From Bacteroidales bacterium (GTDB lineage Bacteria > Bacteroidota > Bacteroidia > Bacteroidales > GCA-2748055): a stretch of DNA of 64,000 bases. Both the position numbers and the translations under genes were made by a program. The notes beneath the pieces are model-generated. The model did no database searches, was not told the DNA's origin, and worked only from the letters and a program-made list of their open reading frames with translations. This document shows positions 1 to 8,957 of the stretch, piece after piece. Where the stretch lies: the NCBI GenBank assembly GCA_040768485.1, contig JAXGMU010000004.1:17879-81878 (forward strand). Direction: 5' to 3'. Position 1 is the stretch's first letter. Each line of letters begins with the position of its first letter.

Positions 1-1983
1 AGAACGGATCCCGTGCATGTGGCCCAGTGGGGCACCTTCATCACCACGAAAGAAGTATCAGATCGATCGGCCATCATCGATCTGGAGGTGACGATCGAGA
101 ATGATGGGAGAAAAGATGCAAATGTGGAGGTGGTCACCCGGATTTTTATTTATGAACCGGAACGCGAATATGATCCAGACCGCGGCATAACCGGCAATGC
201 GGTGGCTGCGTTCGATCCGGAAGTTATCCTGATCGGAGCGGGGGACAGCCGGAAGGTTACAGGCTCGGTAGTTCTGCAAAACCCGAAACTGTGGGGACCG
301 CCGCCGGATCAGGAACCGAACCTGTACCTAGCGGTGACCACCCTACTGGCTGGCGGCAAAGCGGTGGACCGCTATGAGACCACTTTCGGCATCCGCTCCC
401 TGGCGCTGGATCCTGACGAGGGGATCCTGATCAACGGCCAGCACATCCCGGTCAGGGGAGTGAACCAGCATCACGACCTGGGGGCACTGGGAGCCGCATT
501 CAACACCCGTGCAGCCGAAAGGCAACTGGAGTTGCTGCGTGAGATGGGATGCAATGCCATCCGCATGGCACACAATCCGCCGGCGCCTGAATTGCTTGAA
601 CTGACCGACCGGATGGGATTCCTGGTCATGGATGAGATCTTTGATGTATGGGAGCGGAAGAAAACTCCGCTGGATTTCCACCTGGTTTTCCGGGACTGGT
701 ATGAACAGGACACAAGGGCTTTCATCCGGAGAGACCGCAACCATCCCTCGGTGATCATCTGGAGTTTCGGCAACGAGGTGGGAGAGCAATACACCGGTGA
801 AGAAGGAGCCGCACTGGCAGCGGAGTTGCGGGACATCGTCAAAGAAGAAGATCCCACCCGGGCCACCACTTCAGCCATGAATTTCGCCAAACCCGGCATG
901 GACATGCCGGAGGTGCTGGAGCTCATCAGCCTGAATTACCAGGGTGAGGGGATCCGGGATGCACCGGCCTACTCCCACCTGAGGGGGATCCGTACCAAAC
1001 CGCTGTACGCCGATTTCCGCGAAGTCTTCCCCGCAAAGGTGATCGTCAGTACCGAGACTGCTTCCACGCTGAGCTCGCGGGGGACTTACCTGTTCCCTGT
1101 ATTTGAAGGGATCAGTGCGCCTGCCGGGGACGGATCGGGCGGGGACCCGGAAAATCAGTACGTGAGTGCCTATGAATTGTATACCTCGCCATTCGGGGCC
1201 TCACCGGATAAAGTGTTCGCTGCCCAGGACCGGAATCCTTTCGTGGCCGGGGAATTTGTATGGACCGGCTGGGATTACCTGGGGGAGCCCACTCCCTACT
1301 ATGCGGCCCGAAGCTCCTATTCAGGGATCATCGACCTGGCGGGATTCAAAAAGGACAGGTTCTATTTGTACCAGTCCCGCTGGCGCCCGGAATTACCCAT
1401 GGCGCACATCCTACCCCACTGGACCTGGCCGGAACGCACCGGGCAGGTCACCCCGGTGCATGTGTTCACCTCGGGCGATGAGGGAGAGTTGTTCCTCAAC
1501 GGGAAATCCCTGGGAAGGAAGACCAGAGGCCCCTTTGAGTACCGTCTGCGCTGGGACAGCGTGGTCTATGAACCGGGTGAACTGAGGGCAGAGGTATACA
1601 GGAACGGTGAGCGATGGGCGGGGGATGTGGCGGAAACCGCCGGTGAGCCGGCAAAACTGGAGGCAGGTGCAGACCGTTCAACCATCCGTGCGGATGGGAA
1701 AGATGTGGCATTCATCACGGTCCGGGTAACGGACTCAGAAGGCCGTTTGGTGCCCCGGTCGGATCAGCTGATCACATTTGACATCGAGGGTCCGGGCGAG
1801 ATCGTGGCCACCGATAACGGCGATCCCACCGACATGACACCCTTTCCCTTTCATGAACGCAGGGCATTCAACGGCATGGCGTTGGTAATCGTCCGGTCGG
1901 TTGACGGGGAAGTGGGCACCATCACGGTCAGGGCAAGGTCCGGTGAGCTAACGGAAGCGAAGGTGAACATCCTTTGCCGGTAA
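1..1983 (+). CDS. Glycoside hydrolase family 2 (beta-galactosidase-like), 5'-truncated by the window edge
   Basis: Frame 1 is open from nt 1 to the stop at 1981-1983. GH2 TIM-barrel motifs RMAHNPPAPELLELTDRMGFLVMDE and NHPSVIIWSFGNE are present. The C-terminus has an Ig-like segment, DGKDVAFITVRVTDSEGRLVP. Confidence 0.85.
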   Translation, partial: RTDPVHVAQWGTFITTKEVSDRSAIIDLEVTIENDGRKDANVEVVTRIFIYEPEREYDPDRGITGNAVAAFDPEVILIGAGDSRKVTGSVVLQNPKLWGPPPDQEPNLYLAVTTLLAGGKAVDRYETTFGIRSLALDPDEGILINGQHIPVRGVNQHHDLGALGAAFNTRAAERQLELLREMGCNAIRMAHNPPAPELLELTDRMGFLVMDEIFDVWERKKTPLDFHLVFRDWYEQDTRAFIRRDRNHPSVIIWSFGNEVGEQYTGEEGAALAAELRDIVKEEDPTRATTSAMNFAKPGMDMPEVLELISLNYQGEGIRDAPAYSHLRGIRTKPLYADFREVFPAKVIVSTETASTLSSRGTYLFPVFEGISAPAGDGSGGDPENQYVSAYELYTSPFGASPDKVFAAQDRNPFVAGEFVWTGWDYLGEPTPYYAARSSYSGIIDLAGFKKDRFYLYQSRWRPELPMAHILPHWTWPERTGQVTPVHVFTSGDEGELFLNGKSLGRKTRGPFEYRLRWDSVVYEPGELRAEVYRNGERWAGDVAETAGEPAKLEAGADRSTIRADGKDVAFITVRVTDSEGRLVPRSDQLITFDIEGPGEIVATDNGDPTDMTPFPFHERRAFNGMALVIVRSVDGEVGTITVRARSGELTEAKVNILCR

Positions 1984-2011
1984 AGCAAAATGCTCTGGCA
2001 ATGAGAAATAT

Positions 2012-2896
2012 ATGACCACAAGTCATGTTCGGAACATATATTGTTGTAACTTCGCAGGAAATAACTCACAGGTGAAAACGGTAAGATATTTCCAGGCACT
2101 GGGATCGGTCAGTCATTACTACCGGTCGATGAATGAAATCCTGGCAATGGCATTCGGCAGAATACAAATGCTTCACTATCCTTTTTATCTGAAGGAGGAT
2201 GAATCATTCGAGGAACGGCAGCAAAACCTTATTGATCATTGTATTTCTTATATCGGGGACCTGCGTGAGAAACATATACTCGAGGTAGGTTGTGGCAACG
2301 GGCTGAACTGTCACTATATTGACGGCAGGTTCGGGACAAGGAGCATCACCGGGATCGATTTGAGCGATGAAAACCTTGAAATTGCCAGAAAACATTTTGA
2401 AAACGAAAGGATCAGATTCATCCGGGATAACGCACAGGAACTGGTTCATATCCCGGATTCTTCGGTGGACGTGATCATCTGCGTTGAAAGCGCATTCCAT
2501 TATCCTGATAAAAATGCCTTCTTCAGGCAGATCAAGCGGGTGCTGAAACCGGAAGGGGTTTTTCTGATTGTGGATATCGTGAGATTGCCCGGAGATGCAG
2601 GAAGATCTCTGTGGTTCTGGAAAAAGAGTAAACTCCTGTATCATGCGAACGAGAAGGAATATAACCAGTATTCTTCCGGTAACAATTTAGTATTTAAGCG
2701 TATAGAAAACCTTACCGATCGGATCATACGCGGATACGAAGGACATGTTTCCTGGATCACCAGGAATAAACTGAACCTGTTCAATTACCTGTTGATGAAA
2801 GTATTTACAATACTGCAGGTGAGGCTGAACATCGCCCAGCTCAAATCCCATAAACAATACATGCTCTTTTACGGGGGGCATGGGGATCAGGCATAA
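2012..2896 (+). CDS. Class I SAM-dependent methyltransferase
   Basis: SAM-binding motif I ILEVGCGNGLN is followed by an acidic loop, GIDLSD. The start is uncertain; an alternative Met lies at 2132. GC content is lower than in the flanking genes. Confidence 0.7.
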   Translation: MTTSHVRNIYCCNFAGNNSQVKTVRYFQALGSVSHYYRSMNEILAMAFGRIQMLHYPFYLKEDESFEERQQNLIDHCISYIGDLREKHILEVGCGNGLNCHYIDGRFGTRSITGIDLSDENLEIARKHFENERIRFIRDNAQELVHIPDSSVDVIICVESAFHYPDKNAFFRQIKRVLKPEGVFLIVDIVRLPGDAGRSLWFWKKSKLLYHANEKEYNQYSSGNNLVFKRIENLTDRIIRGYEGHVSWITRNKLNLFNYLLMKVFTILQVRLNIAQLKSHKQYMLFYGGHGDQA

Positions 2897-2944
2897 CGAC
2901 CCACGGGGTTCAACCCCGGCAGAACAAGTAAAAATACAAGCGTC

Positions 2945-4363
2945 ATGAACAATTTTTTCCTGATCAGTTCCCTGTTTTCATTGCCGGTACTGGTATTGCC
3001 GGTAACACAGGCGTCATGTCAGCAAAAAGATTACATTGAAGCCCGCATCTTTGTAACTGCAGAATCCACACAGCAGCTGTTGCATGACGGAGGGTTCCGT
3101 GCATTTGAACCCCTCGAACAGCCCGATGAGAATTATCCGACTGTCATGATCGACGACGATGTCACTTTCCAGACCATCGAAGGTTTCGGCGGCGCCTTTA
3201 CCGATGCTGCCGCGATCACCTTCGGGAAACTGCCGGAGGACGTGCAGGCCGAATTTATTAGGGCATGTTTTGATCCTGTAAAAGGGAATGGTTACAACCT
3301 CTGCCGCACCACCATCCACAGTTGTGACTATTCCGATGAGATGTACACCTACGCGGAGGTGGAGGGGGATAAAAAGCTGAAGCATTTCACCATTGAACAT
3401 GACATGCAGTACCGCGTTCCCATGATCAGGGCGGCCATGGAGGCAGCCGGGGGCAATCTGCGGTTCTTTGCTTCACCGTGGAGTCCTCCGGGATGGATGA
3501 AAACCAACGGGGAAATGAAGCACGGAGGCAAACTCCTGCCGGAATACAACCAGACATGGGCCGATTATTTTGTGAAATATGTACAGGAATATGAAAAAAT
3601 CGGGATCCCCATGTGGGGACTGACCGTGCAGAATGAGGCCATGGCCGTACAGGTGTGGGAATCATGCATTTTTACGGCGGAAGAGGAGAAGGATTTTGTG
3701 AGGGACTACCTGGGTCCAGCGCTGCACAGGAACGGGATGGAAGATATCAGGCTGATGATCTGGGACCATAACAGGGGGATCATCTACCAGCGGGCGGAGG
3801 CCGCATTCGAGGACCCTGAAGCTTCGAAATACATCTGGGGCACGGCCTTCCACTGGTATGTAGGCGATCATTTTGAAAATGTGCGGATGGTCCATGATGC
3901 CTACCCTGATAAAAATCTGTTGTATACCGAGGCCGGTATGGGCGGGTCATGGCGTTCCGCAGCAAACCTGGCCAGGAATGTCATCCATGACCTGAACAAC
4001 TGGGCCAACGGCTGGGTGTTCTGGAACCTGATCCTGGACGAGGAGAACGGTCCCCGGCATGCAGGAGGACTCCATGGTACGAACATCGTGAATGCGGACC
4101 TGTCCGCCGGAGAGGTCACCTACAATCCCCCACACTATGTGTTCGGTCATTTTTCAAGGTTCATCAAACAGGGAGCAAAGAGGATCCCGTGTACCTCGAA
4201 CAATGACGACCTGATCGCAACGGCCTTTGTCAATCCGGACGGATCCGTTGCAACGGTGGTTCATAACATGGACGACCACGAGATGATGTTCCAGGTATGG
4301 ATCGAGGGAAAGGTCCTGAAATCCACCATCCCGGCCCGGGGCACGATGACCATGGTTTTATAG
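2945..4363 (+). CDS. Glycoside hydrolase family 30 (glucosylceramidase-like), secreted
   Basis: N-terminal signal peptide. GH30 motifs TIEGFGGAFTDAAA, FASPWSPPGWMKTNG and LTVQNEA are present. Confidence 0.85.
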   Translation: MNNFFLISSLFSLPVLVLPVTQASCQQKDYIEARIFVTAESTQQLLHDGGFRAFEPLEQPDENYPTVMIDDDVTFQTIEGFGGAFTDAAAITFGKLPEDVQAEFIRACFDPVKGNGYNLCRTTIHSCDYSDEMYTYAEVEGDKKLKHFTIEHDMQYRVPMIRAAMEAAGGNLRFFASPWSPPGWMKTNGEMKHGGKLLPEYNQTWADYFVKYVQEYEKIGIPMWGLTVQNEAMAVQVWESCIFTAEEEKDFVRDYLGPALHRNGMEDIRLMIWDHNRGIIYQRAEAAFEDPEASKYIWGTAFHWYVGDHFENVRMVHDAYPDKNLLYTEAGMGGSWRSAANLARNVIHDLNNWANGWVFWNLILDEENGPRHAGGLHGTNIVNADLSAGEVTYNPPHYVFGHFSRFIKQGAKRIPCTSNNDDLIATAFVNPDGSVATVVHNMDDHEMMFQVWIEGKVLKSTIPARGTMTMVL

Positions 4364-4453
4364 GAAGCGAAGGCAATCAGATATTTTCAGACACTGGGAA
4401 CCTTCAGAAAATAATGAAGTCATCTAGCAGACTGCAAGTGAGACAGGCCGGAT

Positions 4454-6739
4454 TTAATCCATCACCTCCTCTAAAAGTGTCTCTTCAGTAACGGAGGACT
4501 GGACCAGGTTAACCTCTGATCTGACAAGCTGGACCACGTCCAGTAACAGATTCTTTGTCTCGGACAGCATCTCAATATACGTTACACTGATCCTGACACC
4601 CTTTTTATTTTTCTTTAGGATCCTGATCCTGCTGAGGAGAATTTCATTTACAAGATCCATCATTTCATCCCGCCTGTGAACCAGTTCTTCCATCTGTCCG
4701 TCATTCTTGTTTTTGAGGAGGTTCGTGATGAACTTGAAATACTCGCCCACCCGGTCATTGAGTTCTTTCAGCTGATTCGTCTGTTCCCTGTCAAATGCGT
4801 AATTGTTGTCAAGGTGGTTGTATGCCGGCAATACAATATGCAGAAGGGAATTGCTCATCTCTTTCATATAAGCCACTACCTGCACATAGTGCCGGCCGAT
4901 CTCCAGGTCAGTTACGTCAAACCTTCTGAGTGTTTCAGGAATCTCTTCCTGGATGTGTTTGATCTCCCTGGAGAGATGTCTGGCTTCTTTCCTGGCCGAT
5001 TTGAGTTCCCCGCGTTTTTCTTTCAGGAAGCTGGTATAGGTCAGGCTGAATATTTTTGATGCTTTGATGATCGCGGTTTTGACCTCATCGTCACAGGATT
5101 TAAGGATTTCGCGGGATGAGGTTCTGACAGCACCGTTCAACTGGGCTTCTTTTTCAATCCTTTTCCTGTGAAAAGCGTGTGTCCTCAATAAAATGTAACT
5201 GGATAATCCTATGAGGATCACGATGACAGGCAGTTTTCCGAAATAGATGAGTGTCGCAATAACAAATGATACCAGGAAGGCACTGAAAGCGGTAAAAAAC
5301 CATCCGCCGACCACGGTAAGCACACCAGTGATCCGGAAAACCGCACTGTCCCTTCCCCATGCACCGTCGGCGAGTGAGGTGCCCATCGCCACCATGAAGG
5401 TTACGTATGTTGTGGAGAGCGGCAACCTGTGCGATGTGCCGAATGCGATCAGAATACTGGCAACCACCAGGTTCACTGATGCACGCACCAGGTCAAATGC
5501 AATTTTTTCCTGTTTGTTATCCCGGGCCTGTTCAGCATCAAACCTTTTTCTGATAAACCTGTTTAAAGGACGCGGGGTGATTTTTCCGACGCCATTGCTG
5601 AATTCAACGGTTCTCCTCACGATAAACCTGGCCAGCGATGAGGATGCAAAACGTTCATATCCTGCATCCTGCCTGCTCAGATCGATGGTTGTAGCCGTAA
5701 CAGTCCTGGCTTTTTTGGAAAACCTGAGGGTCAGGATCATGATCAGCCCTGAAGCGAGCAGAAAATAAACGGGAGTGTTGACAGGTTCGCGAAGTGCCTC
5801 CATCATGAATCCTCCCGCATCGGCGCCTCCGGCGGCTGAAAAAGCCCTGAAGGACTCGAAGCCGGCCAGGGGCACCCCGATGAAATTCACCAGGTCGTTC
5901 CCTGCAAAGGCCATGGCGAGAGCAAATGTGCCGGCCAAAACGACGATCTTTAATATGTTGATCCTGGTGAAAAGCACCAGCAGCTGGAACAGGAGCGTCC
6001 AGCCCAGGAGACTGACCAGCAGGATACGTACCGTATGGGTGTTCATGAAGGCCAGCATTTGCGGGGTGACCAGCGTGGATCCTTCCGCTCCCTTTATGAG
6101 GAGGAAATAGAGAATCGTTGTGATGGCGACCCCACCCCAGATTCCTGAGAAGTATCTGTATGATTTTCTGATATTGAATGAGAATGCAAACCTGACGATC
6201 CATTGGATGATCATCCCGGCGGTAAAGGCAATCACCACGGACAGAAATATCCCGGCAATGATCAGCATTGAATTCTCTATGTTGATATATGTCCCCACTT
6301 CTGTGACAGCATCTGATCCTGTGATTTTGTAAACGGACACAGCCACGGCTGCCCCGAAGAGACCGAACACAATGGAAACAGTTGTAGAGGTGGGCAATCC
6401 GACAGTATTGAAAAAATCAAGCAGGAGAATATTCGTCAACATCACGGCGAAAAAAATGATCATGATCTCGCTGAAGGCAAAATGTTCCGGATTGAAGATC
6501 CCTTTACGGGCAACCTCCATCATCCCGTTTGAAAATATGGCACCGATAAGGACCCCTGCAGTGGCAATGGCAAGGATCGCCTGAAAGGAGGCTGCGTTCG
6601 AGCCGATGGCGGAATTAAGAAAATTCACCGCGTCATTACTGACGCCGATAATGAGCAAGGAAACAGCCAGAAGGAACAGGAAACCTACGATCAGGATGTA
6701 ATACGACTCCATGGAGAGTAACAGTTCTTCGGAAATCAA
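4454..6739 (-). CDS. Inorganic phosphate transporter (PiT family, long Bacteroidota type with a cytoplasmic helical C-terminal domain)
   Basis: Polytopic membrane protein carrying GVSNDAVNFLNSAIGS and a second NDLVNFIGVPLAG motif, the duplicated PiT signature. It has a charged helical C-terminal region of about 230 aa. Confidence 0.7.
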   Translation of the reverse strand: MISEELLLSMESYYILIVGFLFLLAVSLLIIGVSNDAVNFLNSAIGSNAASFQAILAIATAGVLIGAIFSNGMMEVARKGIFNPEHFAFSEIMIIFFAVMLTNILLLDFFNTVGLPTSTTVSIVFGLFGAAVAVSVYKITGSDAVTEVGTYINIENSMLIIAGIFLSVVIAFTAGMIIQWIVRFAFSFNIRKSYRYFSGIWGGVAITTILYFLLIKGAEGSTLVTPQMLAFMNTHTVRILLVSLLGWTLLFQLLVLFTRINILKIVVLAGTFALAMAFAGNDLVNFIGVPLAGFESFRAFSAAGGADAGGFMMEALREPVNTPVYFLLASGLIMILTLRFSKKARTVTATTIDLSRQDAGYERFASSSLARFIVRRTVEFSNGVGKITPRPLNRFIRKRFDAEQARDNKQEKIAFDLVRASVNLVVASILIAFGTSHRLPLSTTYVTFMVAMGTSLADGAWGRDSAVFRITGVLTVVGGWFFTAFSAFLVSFVIATLIYFGKLPVIVILIGLSSYILLRTHAFHRKRIEKEAQLNGAVRTSSREILKSCDDEVKTAIIKASKIFSLTYTSFLKEKRGELKSARKEARHLSREIKHIQEEIPETLRRFDVTDLEIGRHYVQVVAYMKEMSNSLLHIVLPAYNHLDNNYAFDREQTNQLKELNDRVGEYFKFITNLLKNKNDGQMEELVHRRDEMMDLVNEILLSRIRILKKNKKGVRISVTYIEMLSETKNLLLDVVQLVRSEVNLVQSSVTEETLLEEVMD

Positions 6740-6815
6740 AAATAAAGATTAAAAATACAATCAAACCGCTTAACCCGTGCCGTTTTTAATCATTTTTTTG
6801 TCTGGGAATAGCACG

Positions 6816-6843
6816 AAAAACCCCGGCATTGCACCGGGGTTTC
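6816..6843 (-). terminator. Rho-independent terminator downstream of the GerW/DUF2953 pair
   Basis: Perfect 9-bp stem AAACCCCGG (6818-6826) / CCGGGGTTT (6834-6842) with a 7-nt loop. On the minus strand the stem is followed by TTTTTCG. It lies about 80 nt after the stop at 6923. Confidence 0.7.
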
Positions 6844-6922
6844 AGTTATTCAATTGTGCGATAAGAGATAATCCTGGTGCCGGACAGGCAACAGGATCTT
6901 CTGAAATGGTTCGGGATTGGGA

Positions 6923-7330
6923 CTACTTCTTCTCTTCCTTTTCTTCTTTTTTCTTGTCCTTTCCCTTCTCTCCTGCTTTCATGTCAGCCATTTTTTCCAC
7001 CAGATCCGGTACTTTCTCGAAAAGCGTGGAAAGGGCTGTTTTTTTATCAACCGGTATGAAGGAGATCTCATCTCCTTTGGCGACCAGGAACCCCAGGGGA
7101 ACGATACCGATCCCGGCTCCTGCTCCTCCGCCCGATCCTTTGTTTTTGCTTTTGGGCTCCTCGCCGCTTCCCAGCCCGCTTCCGAATCCGGTTCCGACCT
7201 TGATCACGGGCCTGCAGGTAAATTCACCGATTTTGAATTCTTCACCCAGGACTGTTTCCGTTCTGGCAAGCTCTTTCACATGACCGGACACTTTATCCAG
7301 CAATGCTTCGATGTTAATGTTATTTTCCAT
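6923..7330 (-). CDS. GerW/YtfJ family (sporulation-protein-like) small protein
   Basis: 135 aa. The pattern ETVLGEEFKIGEFTCRPVIKV...GGGAGAGIGIVPLGFLV matches the Spore_YtfJ/GerW pattern as I remember it. The C-terminal tail is Lys/Glu-rich. Confidence 0.7.
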   Translation of the reverse strand: MENNINIEALLDKVSGHVKELARTETVLGEEFKIGEFTCRPVIKVGTGFGSGLGSGEEPKSKNKGSGGGAGAGIGIVPLGFLVAKGDEISFIPVDKKTALSTLFEKVPDLVEKMADMKAGEKGKDKKKEEKEEKK

Positions 7331-7348
7331 TTTGTATAATTTAAAAGG

Positions 7349-7888
7349 TTAATAAATAGATCTGATCTTATATCTGATAAATGTATAAAGCACGGATCCC
7401 AGGCGTATCCTCATATCAAGCAGGAGTGACAGGTTCCCTGTAAAATTCGCACTCAGTTGAATGTTTTCGGAGTTTATCGCCGAAAAAACAGGGACCATCC
7501 AGGCATTCAGCATAAAGTCGTCCGTATCCACATCCAGGTACAACCTTCTGATCCGTACCGTCCGCAGCAGATCGATCCCCATGCGGATTCCTCCGGCTGG
7601 TTTCCCGATCCTCCTTCTTTTCGCAGGTTTCCCAGATTCCGGCTTTCGTTCTTTTTTCTCCTTTTTCTTTTTCCTGCTTTCCCTGAAAGGATGGTACCTG
7701 AACGGAATAAAAAAAATCCATATCCTGATGTGAAACAGTTCTTCCGATGGCACCAGGGACACTTTCACGATTCCCGGAAGGCTCACCAGGTACCTGTTGC
7801 TGTCCGTATGAATGAAAAGGATCACCGGCACGAGCAGGATCCAGAGGATAAACAGGATAAGCAGTGATATGAGGATCCACAGGATCAT
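7349..7888 (-). CDS. DUF2953 (YtfI-like) membrane protein
   Basis: N-terminal TM helix, a basic KKKKEKKERK linker, and a C-terminal LYLDVDTDDFMLNAW...LLLDMRIRLG pattern typical of DUF2953. It sits 18 nt upstream of the GerW-like gene, matching the ytfI-ytfJ order in Bacillus. Confidence 0.6.
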   Translation of the reverse strand: MILWILISLLILFILWILLVPVILFIHTDSNRYLVSLPGIVKVSLVPSEELFHIRIWIFFIPFRYHPFRESRKKKKEKKERKPESGKPAKRRRIGKPAGGIRMGIDLLRTVRIRRLYLDVDTDDFMLNAWMVPVFSAINSENIQLSANFTGNLSLLLDMRIRLGSVLYTFIRYKIRSIY

Positions 7889-8154
7889 GGAACAAATCTA
7901 ACATCATTGCAGCCTCGATCCCATGGATAATCGGTGTCCGGTCAGGTTTTGTCGGTGAACGGTAAGTCCCGGGCGTTTAATTGAGGACCTTTTCCAAAGA
8001 TCCATTGGAGAGGCCACTGTCTTTTAACAGGTTTTTAACTTAAACAGAAGTTAAATACCCTGACAGTCTGTATGGTATGCTTTAAATTTATCCGCGAATC
8101 GATCCGGATGTAACGAAATGATATCAGAGCTGAACCAAATAGCAGGAGAAAAAT

Positions 8155-8778
8155 ATGATGAATCCATCCAGATTGTCAGCTTTCGTTTTCCTGGTCATCT
8201 CAGCTGTCATACCACTACGGGCGCAGTGGGAGATCGGGGGATTATTTGATTTAAACATCTCGGGCATCCATGTGAGTCCCGTGCCAAGCTCAGAAAGTTA
8301 TTCGAGCCGCCTTGCACCCGGGATAGGGGGGCTGGTAAACCACCAGTTCACAGACCGGATCGGGTTCCGCGCGGAACCGATGTTCCTTCAGAAGGGCGCC
8401 AGACTTCATGATGAGAGCGAAACGATTGTTTTCAAGATCAACTACCTGGAGATCCCCCTCATGGTCACCTATTCATTCCGGGTGGGTGGCCCTCTGGTAC
8501 CTTATGCCATGACAGGGCCCAGCATTGGATTTCTGACAGGCGCCAGGTTCCGGTCAAGTGACGGATGGGAGCATGATGAAACAGCGCATACCCGGTTTTT
8601 CGACTTCGGAGCAGGTTTCGGAGCAGGTGTGGAGTATCCCTGGAAGAATTTGAACCTCTTTGCTGAGACGCGGTACATGATCGGGTTTGTCAATGTGAAC
8701 AGGGACGCGGATGAATCTTCTGTAAAAAACAGGGGATTGCAGATATTGCTGGGGGCAACTGTCCCGGTGGGTAGATAA
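8155..8778 (+). CDS. Outer-membrane beta-barrel protein (PorT/OMP_b-brl_2-like)
   Basis: Signal peptide ending LRAQ. Alternating-hydrophobic strand pattern with Gly/aromatic-rich turns, about 200 aa. Confidence 0.65.
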   Translation: MMNPSRLSAFVFLVISAVIPLRAQWEIGGLFDLNISGIHVSPVPSSESYSSRLAPGIGGLVNHQFTDRIGFRAEPMFLQKGARLHDESETIVFKINYLEIPLMVTYSFRVGGPLVPYAMTGPSIGFLTGARFRSSDGWEHDETAHTRFFDFGAGFGAGVEYPWKNLNLFAETRYMIGFVNVNRDADESSVKNRGLQILLGATVPVGR

Positions 8779-8957
8779 TAGCGCCTTCGGTTCATGTGAG
8801 GATCCACAGGTATTTCTATTTCAGGCGCGCATGATCAAACGACCAGGTATTTTATGATTTGATTAACAAAATCCGATGTGATTATTCGGGAACTTTGATC
8901 TTTTGTTCATGTACAGCGCTTTGATGCGCGGGAATACATTGCCCTAAAAGAAACTCC

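Noticed and set aside
6777-7339. Plus-strand ORFs 6777-7283, 6877-7059 and 6917-7339
   Set aside because: They overlap the GerW-like gene on the opposite strand and owe their length to Lys/Glu-codon low complexity (poly-F/S/L products). The minus-strand product has a recognisable family pattern and a downstream terminator.
7416-7907. Alternative 163-aa minus-strand ORF overlapping the DUF2953 gene in another frame
   Set aside because: The frame at 7349-7888 gives an N-terminal TM helix and a DUF2953-like C-terminus. The alternative frame gives a Pro/Gly/Arg-rich product.
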